A stretch of DNA of 64,000 nucleotides, taken from contig NC_135900.1 in NCBI RefSeq assembly GCF_964194155.1, forward strand, positions 26,784,001 to 26,848,000. Reading direction: 5' to 3'. Under the pieces are notes generated by a model. The model worked only from the letters and a program-made list of their open reading frames with translations, was not told the DNA's origin and made no database searches. Both the position numbers and the translations under genes were made by a program. The stretch's first letter is position 1; every line of letters begins with the position of its first letter. Below are positions 23,255-34,273 of this stretch, piece after piece. Source of the stretch: Cetorhinus maximus. Lineage: Eukaryota.

Positions 23255-24170
23255 GTGGGCCTCTCAGTAATGGCAACAAGGTCGGGGATCATCACTGCTC
23301 ATCCTGCACCACAGGAGGAACTTTGGTACAGCACGGACAGTGCCGAATGCGGCACGCAACGGAGAATGATAAATGTAACAGTAGGAGAACAAGTGCTTTC
23401 GAATTGTAGTAAGGGTTTGCTTCAGATCGGGCGTGGGAGGTCTGCCCAAAAGAGCCACTACCCAGCCACCTCCCACCTCTACTTTCACAGTCCGAGTAGA
23501 GATAATTGAAGACCCTCAAACCACACAGACTGATCCATTTTGTCCGACTATGCATCCAGGACCAACAAATGGTTTGGTACTGGTTAATCAGAAGTTTTGT
23601 ATGATAATGTACACCATGAGCTGGTACCCGTAGTCTTGAATATATCCGGAATCGTTCTGCTCAACCCATACCCAAGCACTCTATACGGCTCTGACACGCC
23701 AGTTGATGACTGAAGCAGTTCAGTTCAATGGCGAGATGCAATCAGGCTTGGGAGGGAACCGCATTAAGCCCAGCCTGATAAATGATGCCGCTACGATATT
23801 CAATATAGGGACATCATTGGTTAATCCAAAGCCTGGCTACCGTGCTCGAAAGTCATGCGGGGACTATCAATAAATTAACGGAAATAGGGAAAAATATTTC
23901 AGACGAAGCGAGCAGAAATTATGTATGCAACACCTATGGATCTTGGGCACTGGAACAAGCCCGAGAAAATTTAAGACAGACTAAAGAAGGGGTAGTCCCT
24001 TTATGGGTAACTAGTGAGCATCTATTGAATCTCTCACGACACAGGAATCATGACTTGACCGGTTGCCAGCTCAGGGGTTTAACGGTGTATGTAGAATGAA
24101 TGTTGAATGTATAGTGAATAGTAATATGCTAATAGGCATTGTATTAGTAATACCTGTCATACCTATGTCA
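23255..24170 (+). pseudogene. Envelope-like fragment A
   Basis: Follows integrase A; N-glycosylation sequons (NVT, NIS); degenerate furin site RIK(P)S followed by hydrophobic SLINDAATIFNIGTSLVN and a heptad-like region. Confidence 0.5.
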
Positions 24171-24186
24171 ATGACATAACCCAGGC

Positions 24187-24958
24187 ATGACACCCACAGT
24201 GACTGCTGGTACGGGACCCCAGCCATGGGGCCCATTTGTACACCTACAAATGGACTTTATACAAATGCCTAAATGTATAGAATATAATTATGTTTTAGTT
24301 CAAGTATGTTTGTTCTCGCAATGGGTGGAGGCGTATCCCACCCGACGAAATGATGCTGTTGTTGTTGTAAAATTGTTGTTCATTTTACTGTTAAAGTGAT
24401 AAAGGAACTGTTGAAGGCCTTACAATGCAACCATCACCTTTCCTGCCCATACCACTCCCAGTCTACTGGGGCGGTGGAAAGACAAAATGGTATTCTGAAA
24501 AACAAACTAAATTATGTGAAGAAACTGGTTTGAAATGGCCTGAAGCTCTACCCTTGGCGCTCATGGCTATGCACTCTCACCCTAACTGTATCACCTCCCT
24601 CTCTCCTTATGAAGTTGTAATGGGATGTCCTATGCGCCTCCCAGTGACCCCACCCTTGTCTGCTAGGGAAATGGACATCCACGCTATGGATGAGGGAATG
24701 ATTACATACTGTATAGCGCTCACTAATTCTCTCAAGAGCTTGCATATACAGGTAGTAGAAGCTCAGAAAAAGCCCACCATTGAAGATTGCCATCAATACC
24801 AGGCCGGGGACCTAGTCCTAGTAAAGACCTTCAGGAGAAAGAACTGTTTGGAACCTCGATGGAAAAGGCCTTTCGAAGTCCTGCTCACCACCCATACGGC
24901 CGTGAAGGTTGAAGGACGCCGTTGTGGATCCACGCATCACACATCAAGTGGACGCTGA
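24187..24958 (+). pseudogene. Retroviral integrase fragment B (class I, gamma/epsilon-like)
   Basis: GPFVHLQMDFIQMP..YVLV.VCLFSQWVEAYP; WPEALPLALMAM..LSPYEVVMG; GDLVLVK..LEPRWK.PFEVLLTTHTAVKV. Confidence 0.85.
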
Positions 24959-25005
24959 CCTTGGACAGAAGGGCTTGTGCAAGAACTTTAACTGAGCCGT
25001 CAGAA

Positions 25006-25672
25006 TGCTGACTCTGATTTGGATCCTGTCCTGCGTGGTCCTTGCGGGGGCATGGAATACGAATTCTGCGGTTCAATGAATGCAGGCCATAGCCTCGCAA
25101 GTTAATCGGACTAAATGTTGGATTTGTACTAATTTTCCTCTATGCAAAACAGCAGCTGAATTGCATGAGAGGGTGGAAAAGACCCTACCTTGTGCTGCTA
25201 ACAACTCGAACGGCCCTGAAGGTTAAAGGGAAGGAAGACTGGGTCCACGCCACTCGTTGTAAAAGACATTGTCCGGCAACAATATAACAGCTGTTACCAA
25301 GTGATCTAACTTGTATTATGTATTGAAACGGAAAGTTTGAGTAATTTTCATAAAAAAGATTCTTGGTGGTCTGTAATACTAGGTTGGTTCTCCGGTTGGG
25401 GAAGTTGGTTGCTATACGTTTTAATTGGGTTGGTCGTAGCATGTGTTATAGGGTGTTGTGCATGTATTGCTTTGCGGATTTGCTGTTCCCAGGTTATTAA
25501 CAGTGTCTCTACTGGATTAGGAGGAGCTCCAGTTGTCCCTCAATTGATACGCACTGGCCCCAGCGAAACCCACTGGTGGGGAGAAAAAGTTTACCCTGCC
25601 AGGGATCGGCCTTTTCTTTATGGTTATGAGCCCCCTTATGATGATGAATATACTATTCCTCATTGGTGTTAA
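25006..25672 (+). pseudogene. Class I env leader (CWIC), a third integrase tail and an env TM anchor
   Basis: MLTLIWILSCVVLAG..N.....IASQVNRTKCWIC (25006-25145); PYLVLLTTRTALKVKGKEDWVHATRCK (~25183-25263); WWSVILGWFSGWGSWLLYVLIGLVVACVIGCC (25337-25672). Confidence 0.7.
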
Positions 25673-25696
25673 TCTGAAAGATTAACAAGGAGGGAT

Positions 25697-26304
25697 TGTG
25701 GAAGAATAAAATACATCTACAGGACAACTAAGGGTTAAACAGTTAAAATCGTAGTGGAATACTACAGCACAGTTCCCTCTTTTCTTCTAGCAGGTACACC
25801 TGCAGTTGCCAGCTAATTGAGCAGGAAAGGAGAAAAGGAGTATCATAAACAAGCTTCCTAGAATCTTTGAGACAAGGCTAGGATGTCTGCCCCCAACACA
25901 AAGAGACAGGATCAAGCAATGGTCATCTGTTCTCTAGAGTGTACACCCCCTAGCACTAAAGATAAGGTCAAGCATGGTTATCTATTCTCTGTCTCACTTT
26001 TTATTACTAGATGGGCTTCCCCCAATATCCGCTATAGTCGTAAATTAGAATAGACTAATTGTGTATTGCATGCCAAAGACAATGATTCTCAATGTAATTA
26101 ATTATTGAAGGTTAGACAGTCTTATCACCTTCAAGCTCTTTGATATGTATGACTTTTACTATAAATATGTGTGTACTCTGATGCTTCCTCAGAATGCTGG
26201 CTAGCTCCGTTGTATGCTGCTGGGCTCTCCATGATATCATGATTCAATAAAGACTTCCAAGACAAACCTCCTGGGTCTGAGTGTTCACTCCGTTTTCCAT
26301 GACA
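25697..26304 (+). repeat. ERV 3' LTR
   Basis: Direct repeat of 19455-20062, preceded by a polypurine tract. Confidence 0.95.
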
Positions 26305-29144
26305 GCCATTGCTCTGATCACCACACATGATGGAAAAATACCAGGAACTTGTTCTTATAACTGCTCCATCTCTTTAGCCTCTCTCGGACTTAATTATGGG
26401 CAAAGCTATAAGCTTCACTCCTGCAAAATCATTCCCCAGGAGTAAATCAACTCCATCCACAGGTAATTTCTCCTACAACCACCGATCCAGACAACAAATC
26501 ACACTCCAATTGCACTTTGTACAATGGAACCAGGATGTAATCTCCACTTATCCCGTTTCCCAATACTTCAGCTTTCATTGAACTCTCTGGATGGAAAACT
26601 AGGTCCTTCTCCAGCAAAGGAGTTTGCATAGTTCCTGTGTCCCTTAATATAGTTATGGGTTTGGCTGCATTATTTGATGAAAAAGGGCTTACTGTTCCTT
26701 CAGACAAAAACCCTTTCTATCTCTCATCTACCTTATCCACTTCATCTGTATTCACAGCAGTGGTTTCGTCCAGATCCTTATTTGTAGTTAAAGCTACAAT
26801 TTGATCTGTGGCATTTTCTTTTGAGTTCCCCTTTTTGGACTCACTCTTACAAACTCCAATAAGTCTCATGGGCTTCCCTTGCAACTTCCAGCATTCTGAA
26901 TGAATGTGTCCCACTTTATTACAATGGAAACACTTAGACCTTTGAGTTTCACCTCAACCCTCAGTACCTTCCTTCCTGATCTGGGGAGGAGATCTCAAGG
27001 TATTCCCAGCTATCCATTCTTTACCCTGGCTATTTGCCTTCCTTTCACTCTCCCACTTTCTCTCCTTTTCAAATTTATGGGGGTGATGGAAAAAAGGTTT
27101 AGTTTTATGGATCAACTCATAATCATCTGCCATTACTGCTGCCTGTCTAGCAGTTGCAACCCTTTGTTCTTCAACATGGGTTCTTATTATAGAATGTAGA
27201 GAGTTTTTAAATTCTTCCAAGAGAATGGTCTCTCTGAGAACTTCATAGGTAGTTTTAACTCCAAATGCTCATATCCACCTGTCAAAACTACTTTGCTTAA
27301 CCCTTTCAAATTCAATGTTTCCTTAAATTTTGAAACTTTAGTCTGTATGCTTCAGGGGCCAACTCATAAGCACTCAAAATAGGTCTTTTTTTAAACACAT
27401 CATAATCCCTAGAAACCTCCCATGAAGCATAAATTTCCTGTGGTCTACCTGTCAATTTGATTTACTTGGGCAATATCCAGTTTTCGTTTGGCCAGTTCAT
27501 TTGTTTAGCTATCTTCTCAAATGAAATAAAGAATGCTTCAACATCCCTTTCCTCAAACTTTGGAAGAGCTTGTACAAATTTAAACATCTCCCCACTGAAT
27601 GCTGATCTGGAAATAAGTCCTGCCTCACCTACTGGTGTCTCTTTTTTAACTGCCAGCATTCTAAGCTGGAATTCTCTGTCTCTCTCTTTTTCTCTTTTAT
27701 CCTTTTCTAACTTTGCCATTTCTAATTCCCTTTCTTGTTTTCTTTCTCTCTCCTGCCTTTCTGCCTGTTCCCTTTGAAATGCTCTTCCTTATTCTTCTGC
27801 CTCTAGTTCCAGCTTTTTCATTTCCAATTCTTTTGCCTTTTTCGTTTACCTCCAATTCAAGTTTTCTCAGTTCCTTTGGTTGTTCAAATTCAAGCTGCTT
27901 CATTTCTAACTGAAGCCTCACTACCTCTAGCTGTGACTCACTAGTGTCAGGTATCACTTCCAACTGTAAATGCTGTGCTATACTTTTGATTATCTCTGCC
28001 TTCCTAGCTTTGGCAGGCAATCCTACTCTTAATTTACTTGCCAATTTGATTAACCTGGCTTTTGGGTTCCCTTGTAAAATTGTCAAGGATATCTCTTCCA
28101 CTTGCAGGAAAGCTTTAGCAGTTTCCAGTGCCATCTTATTTTTGATAGTACAAACCTGGTGTTTCCTTTTAGCTTTTATTACTTACTAAATCTACACCCA
28201 AATTGTAGTTGTCTTTTGTTCCAAAATATCCCAGACCCAAGCCCCCAGACTTTGTCATGACTTACTGGGGATAGTGCGCTGCAATATCAAACTATACTGC
28301 TCCCGAGCTGCAACAAATGTGAAAAGTTTGATTAAACCGCCTAACTGTTTAATTTAGGTTAACATAATATGAGCACCAGGTTTGTAAACTTAATAAGTAA
28401 GTGACTGTTTATTGAAAAAATTGTCTTTAACCAGTGACAAAAAAAATGTGAACTGCTAATTTCTAATTCTATAACCTAAACTCTACCGCTTCTTAAATCC
28501 CTATGCACACACATACAAGACACATAAGACACACAAAAAAACATGGATTTTAAAGGTTGGGATGAAACTGTTCAATAGTACCAATTCTGGAGTACAGGAT
28601 TTGACAGGTTGATTTTGATCCATGTCTTACAAATTCCTTTCAGTACTTTGTTGATGACACGAGGAGGTCCTCCCAGCCCTTTCAGTCTTTAGCTCACTGG
28701 TTGAGCACTTGCTTTTCAATGTCTCTAATGGTGATTTTCCCCTTTTCCTTTTGACAGGGGTTTTTCAGAGAAAGCAGGTTACAGAGATATGAGAAAAAAA
28801 CAATTAGCTATCATTGTAGAATTACTGGAATCTTACACACACAGGAGAAAGAGATTTTAGGTCTTTTCTCATTTTAGGCTAGGAACTTCTTCTCTGCTGC
28901 ACTGCTCTCTCACAAACCATGGTCACCCGGTTAGGAGCCAATTAAAATGTTGTTGCTAGGCAGTTCCCAATTAGATCGGACTCCTCCCTGGCACCATCCT
29001 GTCTTTCATGGTGCACACTGTTCCAGGACAGCAACATTGTATATATCCCTCACACTGTTCCAGTTTGTAATTTGTAATTTTAATCCACAGACCAACAGAA
29101 ATAAAAAGATACGTTATTTACAAAGTTCACAATGCTGTAACGAT

Positions 29145-31036
29145 TAGTGGTAGGTCAGAAGCTTGGGTAAAACTTTAAAAACCAGCAAAGGATGATGAGA
29201 AAAAAATAAAGAGTGACAAATTAAAATGAGAATAGACTAGCAAGAAATATAAAAAACAGACAGCAAGATTTTGTAAGTATATAAAACAGAGTAGCTAAAG
29301 TAAACATTGGTCTGTTAGAGGATGAGAGTAGGGAATTAATAATGGAAAAGAAGAAAAGGGCAGAAACTTTGAGCAAGTATTTTGTATCTATCTTCACAGG
29401 AGAAGACAATAAAGGCTTCCCAAGAATAGTGAAAAATCAAGGAGCAAAAGGGAGGGAGGAACTTAAAACGATCGTTATCACTTGAGAAAAAGTACTTGGA
29501 AAACTAACAGGTCTAAAGTTGAACAAATCCCCTGCACCTGATCACCTGTATCATAGGGTCTTAAAAGAAGTAGCTGCAGAGGTAGTGGATGCATTGGTTG
29601 TAATCTTCTAAAATTCACGAGATTTCGGAAAGGTCTCAGCAAATTGGAAAACCATAAGTGTAACACCCCTATTAAAGAAAGGAGAGAGACAGAAAGCAGG
29701 GAGCTACAGGCTAGCTAGCCTAACATCTGTCATTGGGAAAATGCTGAAATCCATTAAGGTAGTAGTAGCAGGGCTGTTAGAAAACCATAGTACATTCTGA
29801 CAGAGTCAACATGGTTTTATGAAATGGGAAATAGTGTTTGACAAATTTAGGGGAGTTCTTTGAGGATGTAACAAATAGTATTTGAATGTAGTGTATTTGG
29901 ATTTCCAAAAGGCATTTAATAAGGTGCCACATGAAAGGTTACAGCACAAGTTAAGAGCCTATTGTGTTGAGGGTAATATATTAGCATGGATCATGAGTTA
30001 GCTAATTAAAAGGAAACAGAGTCAGGATAATGGGTAATTTTCAGGTTGGGAAACTGTAACAAGTGGGGTGTCACAGGGATCAGTGCTGGGCCCTCAATAA
30101 TTTACAATCTATATTAATGACTTGAATGAATGGACAGGGTGTATTTTAGCCAAATTTGCTGACAATACAAAGATAGGTGGGAAAGCAAGATTTGAGGAGA
30201 ACACAAGGAGTCTGCAAATGGATATAGACAGGTTATGAGTGGGCAAGAATTTGGCAGACGGCATACAATGAGGCAAAGTATGAGGTTGTCCACTTAGGCA
30301 GAAAGAATAAAAAAGTAGATTATTTAAATAGAGAGAGACTACAGAAAGCTGTGGTACATGTTGTCTTTTACATGAAACACAAAGTTAGCATGCAGATACA
30401 GCAAGTAATTAAGAGGCAAATGAAATGTTGGCCTTCATTGCAAGGGGGGGATGAGGTATAAAAGTAGTGAAGTCTTGCTACAACTATACAGGGTGTAGGT
30501 GAGATCACTTTTGTTCTCTTTAATTAAAGAGGGATATATTTGCATTGGAGACAGTTCAGAGAAGGTTCATTAGGTTGATTCCTCAAATGAAGGGATTGTC
30601 TTATGAGGGAAGGTTGAGTAGCTTGGGTCTATACTCAAGGGAGTTTAGGAGAGGTGATTTTATTGGAACATAAGATTCTGAGAGGGCTTGACAGGGTAGA
30701 TGATAAGGACGATGTTTCCCCTTGTGGGGGAATCCAGAACTAGGGGGCACAGGGTAAAAATAAGGGCTGTCCCATTTAACATGGAGATGAGGAGGAATTT
30801 CTTCTCCCAAGAGGGTCATTACTCTTTGGAATTCTCTACCCCAGGGAGCCGAGCTGGGTTATTGAATATATTCAAGGCTGAGTTAGACAGATTTGATCTA
30901 CAGGGAGCCAAGGGTACAGGAGGCAGGCAGGAAAGTGAGTTGTGACTACAGTCAGACCAGCCATGATCTTATTAAATTGCAGAGCAGGCTCGAGGGGCCG
31001 AATGGCTGACTCCTACTGTTGCTTATTTCTTAAATG
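29145..31036 (+). mobile_element. CR1 LINE, 5'-truncated, degenerate ORF2 and 3' UTR
   Basis: LDFQKAFNKVPH, SGVSQGSVLGP, KFADNTKIGG, MFPLVGESRTRGH; CR1 3' end GAGCAGGCTCGAGGGGCCGAATGG. Confidence 0.85.
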
Positions 31037-31890
31037 TATTTATTTGGGTTAAAAAGATGGTTGGATAACTACTATAAATCTATTACTTGTTCTTTCTACC
31101 ATTCATTGATGATTATTGTTCATAATCTGTCTCATTGTAAATAGCTTAGGGTACAGTTTGAGTGTTCATTCTTCTGCTTGTATAAAGTCAAAGAAACCAC
31201 ATGGCAGATATATCCAGAAGGCCAAAAGTTTTGTGTTCAGTATAATTCCTAGTTATTGGATAAGTCACACTTCATTAATACAGGATTTGCTTCTGAGAGC
31301 AAGTTATGATGCTGAACTTAAGGAAAATGTTTACCATTAAAAAAAACTTGTTGAATGGTAGTACACAAGCGTAGAACTTTCAGATCCAGAAAATTAACAG
31401 CATAAATCATGTTTTCCCAGACTGGAATCATTTCCATAACCAGCTTTAAATTAGCTAGAAAGCAAGTGTAATGTTAACATTACACTATATTGCAAGTCAT
31501 TTTATATCTTTTTCCTAAGCATTTCCCTATTTAAACATGGCAATATCATTATGGAATAGGACAGTGAGAGCAATTTAACATAAAATCTACTCAATACACA
31601 ATAAAGAAATAGTATCACTGTTACTGTTACAAATACAAAGTTTAAAAGAGTGTTGTGTTTTAGGACTGCGTCTTTAATTTAGGGTAAAATGGAAGAATGA
31701 AGAGGGTGTCATGTGACCTGTTCTGAATTCCACCCAATAACATGCCTAGATGGCTTGGTCTTTCAAAAGGTCTTGGGTTGTTTTACTGGGAAGAAGGTGC
31801 AAGATGTTCACACCTGTAAACAATGACCCAAGCAGCTGCACTAACAGTGGATAGACTGTCAGTCTCCGATTCCCAGGGAGGTCTTACGAA

Positions 31891-33278
31891 GCAAAATAAA
31901 AATACCTGGAAAAACTCAGCAGGTCTGGCAGCATCTGCAGAGAGGAACACAGTTAACGGTTCGAGTCCATATGACTCTTCAACAGAACTAAGTAAAAATA
32001 GAAAAGAGATGAAATATAAGCTGGTTTAAGGGGGGGTAGAGCTGGAAAGAGGGCCAGTGATAGGTGGAGATAGCCAAAAGATGTCATAGACAAAAGGACA
32101 AAGAGGTGTTGAAGGTGGTGATATTACCTAAGGAATGTGCTAATTAAGGGTAGAAAGCAGGACAAGCAAGGTACAGATAGCCCTAGTGGGGGTGGGGTGG
32201 GGTGAAGGGAAGGGATCAAAATAGGCTAAAAGGTAGAGATGAAACAATGGATGGAAATACATTTAAAAATAATGGAAATAGGTGGGGAAAGAAAAATCTA
32301 TATAAATTATTGGAAAAAAAAGGGGGGGATCGGAAAGGGGGTGGGGATGGAGGAGAGAGTTCATGATCTAAAATTGTTGAACTCAATATTCAGTCCGGAA
32401 GGCTGTAAAGTGCCTAGTCGGAAGATGAGGTGCTGTTCCTCCAGTTTGTGTTGAGCTTCACTGGAACAATGCAGCAGGCCAAGGACGGGCATGTGGGCAT
32501 GAGAGCAGGGTGGAGTGTTGAAATGGCAAGCAACAGGGAGGTCTGGGTAATGCTTGCAGACAGACCGAAGGTGTTCTGCAAAGCGGTCACCCAGTCTGCG
32601 TTTGGTCTCTCCAATGTAGAGGAAACCGCACTGGGAGCAACGAATGCAGTAGACTAAATTGAGGGAAGTGCAAGTGAAATGCTGCTTCACTTGAAAGGAG
32701 TGTTTGGGCCCTTGGACAGTGAGGAGGGGAAGTAAAGGGGCAGGTGTTGCACCTTCCGCGGTTGCATGGGAAGGTGCTGTGGGAGGGGGTTGAGGTGTAG
32801 GGGGTGATGGAGGAGTGGACCAGGGTGTCCTGGAGGGAACGATTCCTGCAGAATGCCACCAGGGGGGCTGAAGGGAAGATGTGTGGTGGCATCATGCTGG
32901 AGTTGGCGGAAATGGCGGAGGATGATCCTTTGAATGCGGAGGCTGGTGGGGTGATAAGTGAGGACAAGGGGGACCCTATCATGGTTCTGGGAGGGAGAGG
33001 AAGGTGGATGCGCGGGAGATGGGCTGGACATGGTTGAGGGCCCTGTCAACCACCGTGGGTGAAAAACCTTGGTTAAGGAAGAAGGAAGACATGTCAAAGG
33101 AACTGTTTTTGAAAGTGGCATCCTCGGAACAGATGTGATGGAGGCGGAGGAACTGAGAGAATGGGATGGAGTCCTTACAGGAAGCGGGGTGTGAGGAGCT
33201 GTAGTCGAGGTAGCTGTGGGAGTCGGTAGGCTTGTAATGAATATTGGTGGACAGTCTATCACCAGAAATTGAGACAGA
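31891..33278 (-). mobile_element. 5'-truncated Penelope-like element (RT end, GIY-YIG, pLTR)
   Basis: Highly similar to 11513-12920; VYCIRCSQCGFLYIGETKR; imperfect TSD TCTTAC(G/A)AA at 31882-31890 and 33279-33287; hammerhead-like motif 31951-31989. Confidence 0.9.
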
Positions 33279-33361
33279 TCTTACAAATGTCAGGTTTTGT
33301 AAATGGTCATACTTTAAATTGTATCTTTACTTCCAAGATAGAACTAAGTTGGGGATCTAGA

Positions 33362-33535
33362 GCCAAGGTCAGCAACCTTTCAGAAGCGGTGTGCCAAGCC
33401 TTCATTTATTCACTCTAATTTTAGCTTTTGTATGCCAGTAATATATTTTAATGTTTATAAGGTCTCTATAAAATTAACTATTGTTGTTTGTAAAGTTTTT
33501 TAAATGCTTAAGAAGCTTCATTTAAAATTAGTTTC
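33362..33535 (+). mobile_element. hAT (Charlie-like) DNA transposon terminal fragment
   Basis: CAAGGTCAGCAACCTTT resembles CAGGGGTCGGCAACCT-type hAT TIRs; AT-rich subterminal region; no partner end found. Confidence 0.45.
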
Positions 33536-34273
33536 AGTGAGCACAAACCTGAGTGGTGCAAAAATTAGCAATCTTACTCATAATCCATGAAGATGCTAGA
33601 ATGAGAGTAGAAAGAAGAAATTAGTGCAGAAGTTGGTGATCTTCCTGTAGCTGAGATAGAAGTGCATTGTTCGAGTAATGTGGAGGAAGCTTTAGCCTGC
33701 AGCTTAGCTCTCCTGTTTTGACATTGATAGTGGTGCCAGAACTGGAAAACAAGTTGCAATCCCCAGCATGTTAATATTAGCATAAATATTACCTCAAAAT
33801 AAAAATTAAAGATTAAATAATTAATATTCCTCACCACATGCTCTGTGCTATGTGACACTTCTGATTTTTACCTTGAATCCCTTAAAATGCATTTATGTGA
33901 TTTGCCAGTTCCATATTCTAACTTCTCTGGGTTGAACTAGCATGCATGCTTGACCTACTTGAAAAGTATCTGTAACTCACGTTGCATTGAAAATGGGATA
34001 TCTCAGACTTCAACTAGGCCACATCAGATGACTGCAGTTGGGGAAAAAAAAGATGCCTACTTATACGACCAAGTGTGTCTTTTTATAAATGGAAGGAAAA
34101 AAGCATCAGGAGCACTTCAGGTTTGGGTCCAAATAAATAATTTGTCCAATATTAAAAATAAATTTGAATAAATACAGATATTTAAAAAGCAGAACAAACT
34201 GGGACAGGGACCAATCATGCAACCTCAGTGACAGGAAAAGAGCATGAAAATTACATATTTCTCAACAACAAAT

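Larger units (their letters stand above)
19455..26304 (+). mobile_element. Endogenous retrovirus, non-autonomous with mosaic interior
   Basis: Paired 608-bp LTRs (TG...CA), GCCAT TSD (19450-19454 and 26305-26309), PBS 20066-20083, PPT AAGGAGGGA before 25697; gag, integrase and env fragments but no recognisable protease or RT. Confidence 0.93.
18705..29130 (-). mobile_element. Gmr1-type Gypsy LTR retrotransposon (5' LTR-gag-protease-integrase; 3' truncated), interrupted by an ERV at 19455-26304
   Basis: tRNA-Pro-like PBS TGGGGGCTTGGGTCTGGGAT (28247-28228) after LTR end ..CATGACA (28253); gag 28134-26900 (PKFEERDVEAFFISFEKIA, MEEFKNSL, CFHCNKVGHIHSECW knuckle); protease ILRDTG (~26640); integrase directly after protease (GHVGIWKT..CHTC, PAPLIPIP..EPFSRVSVDCVGPLP, QSDQG). 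Outer LTR boundary approximate. Confidence 0.85.
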
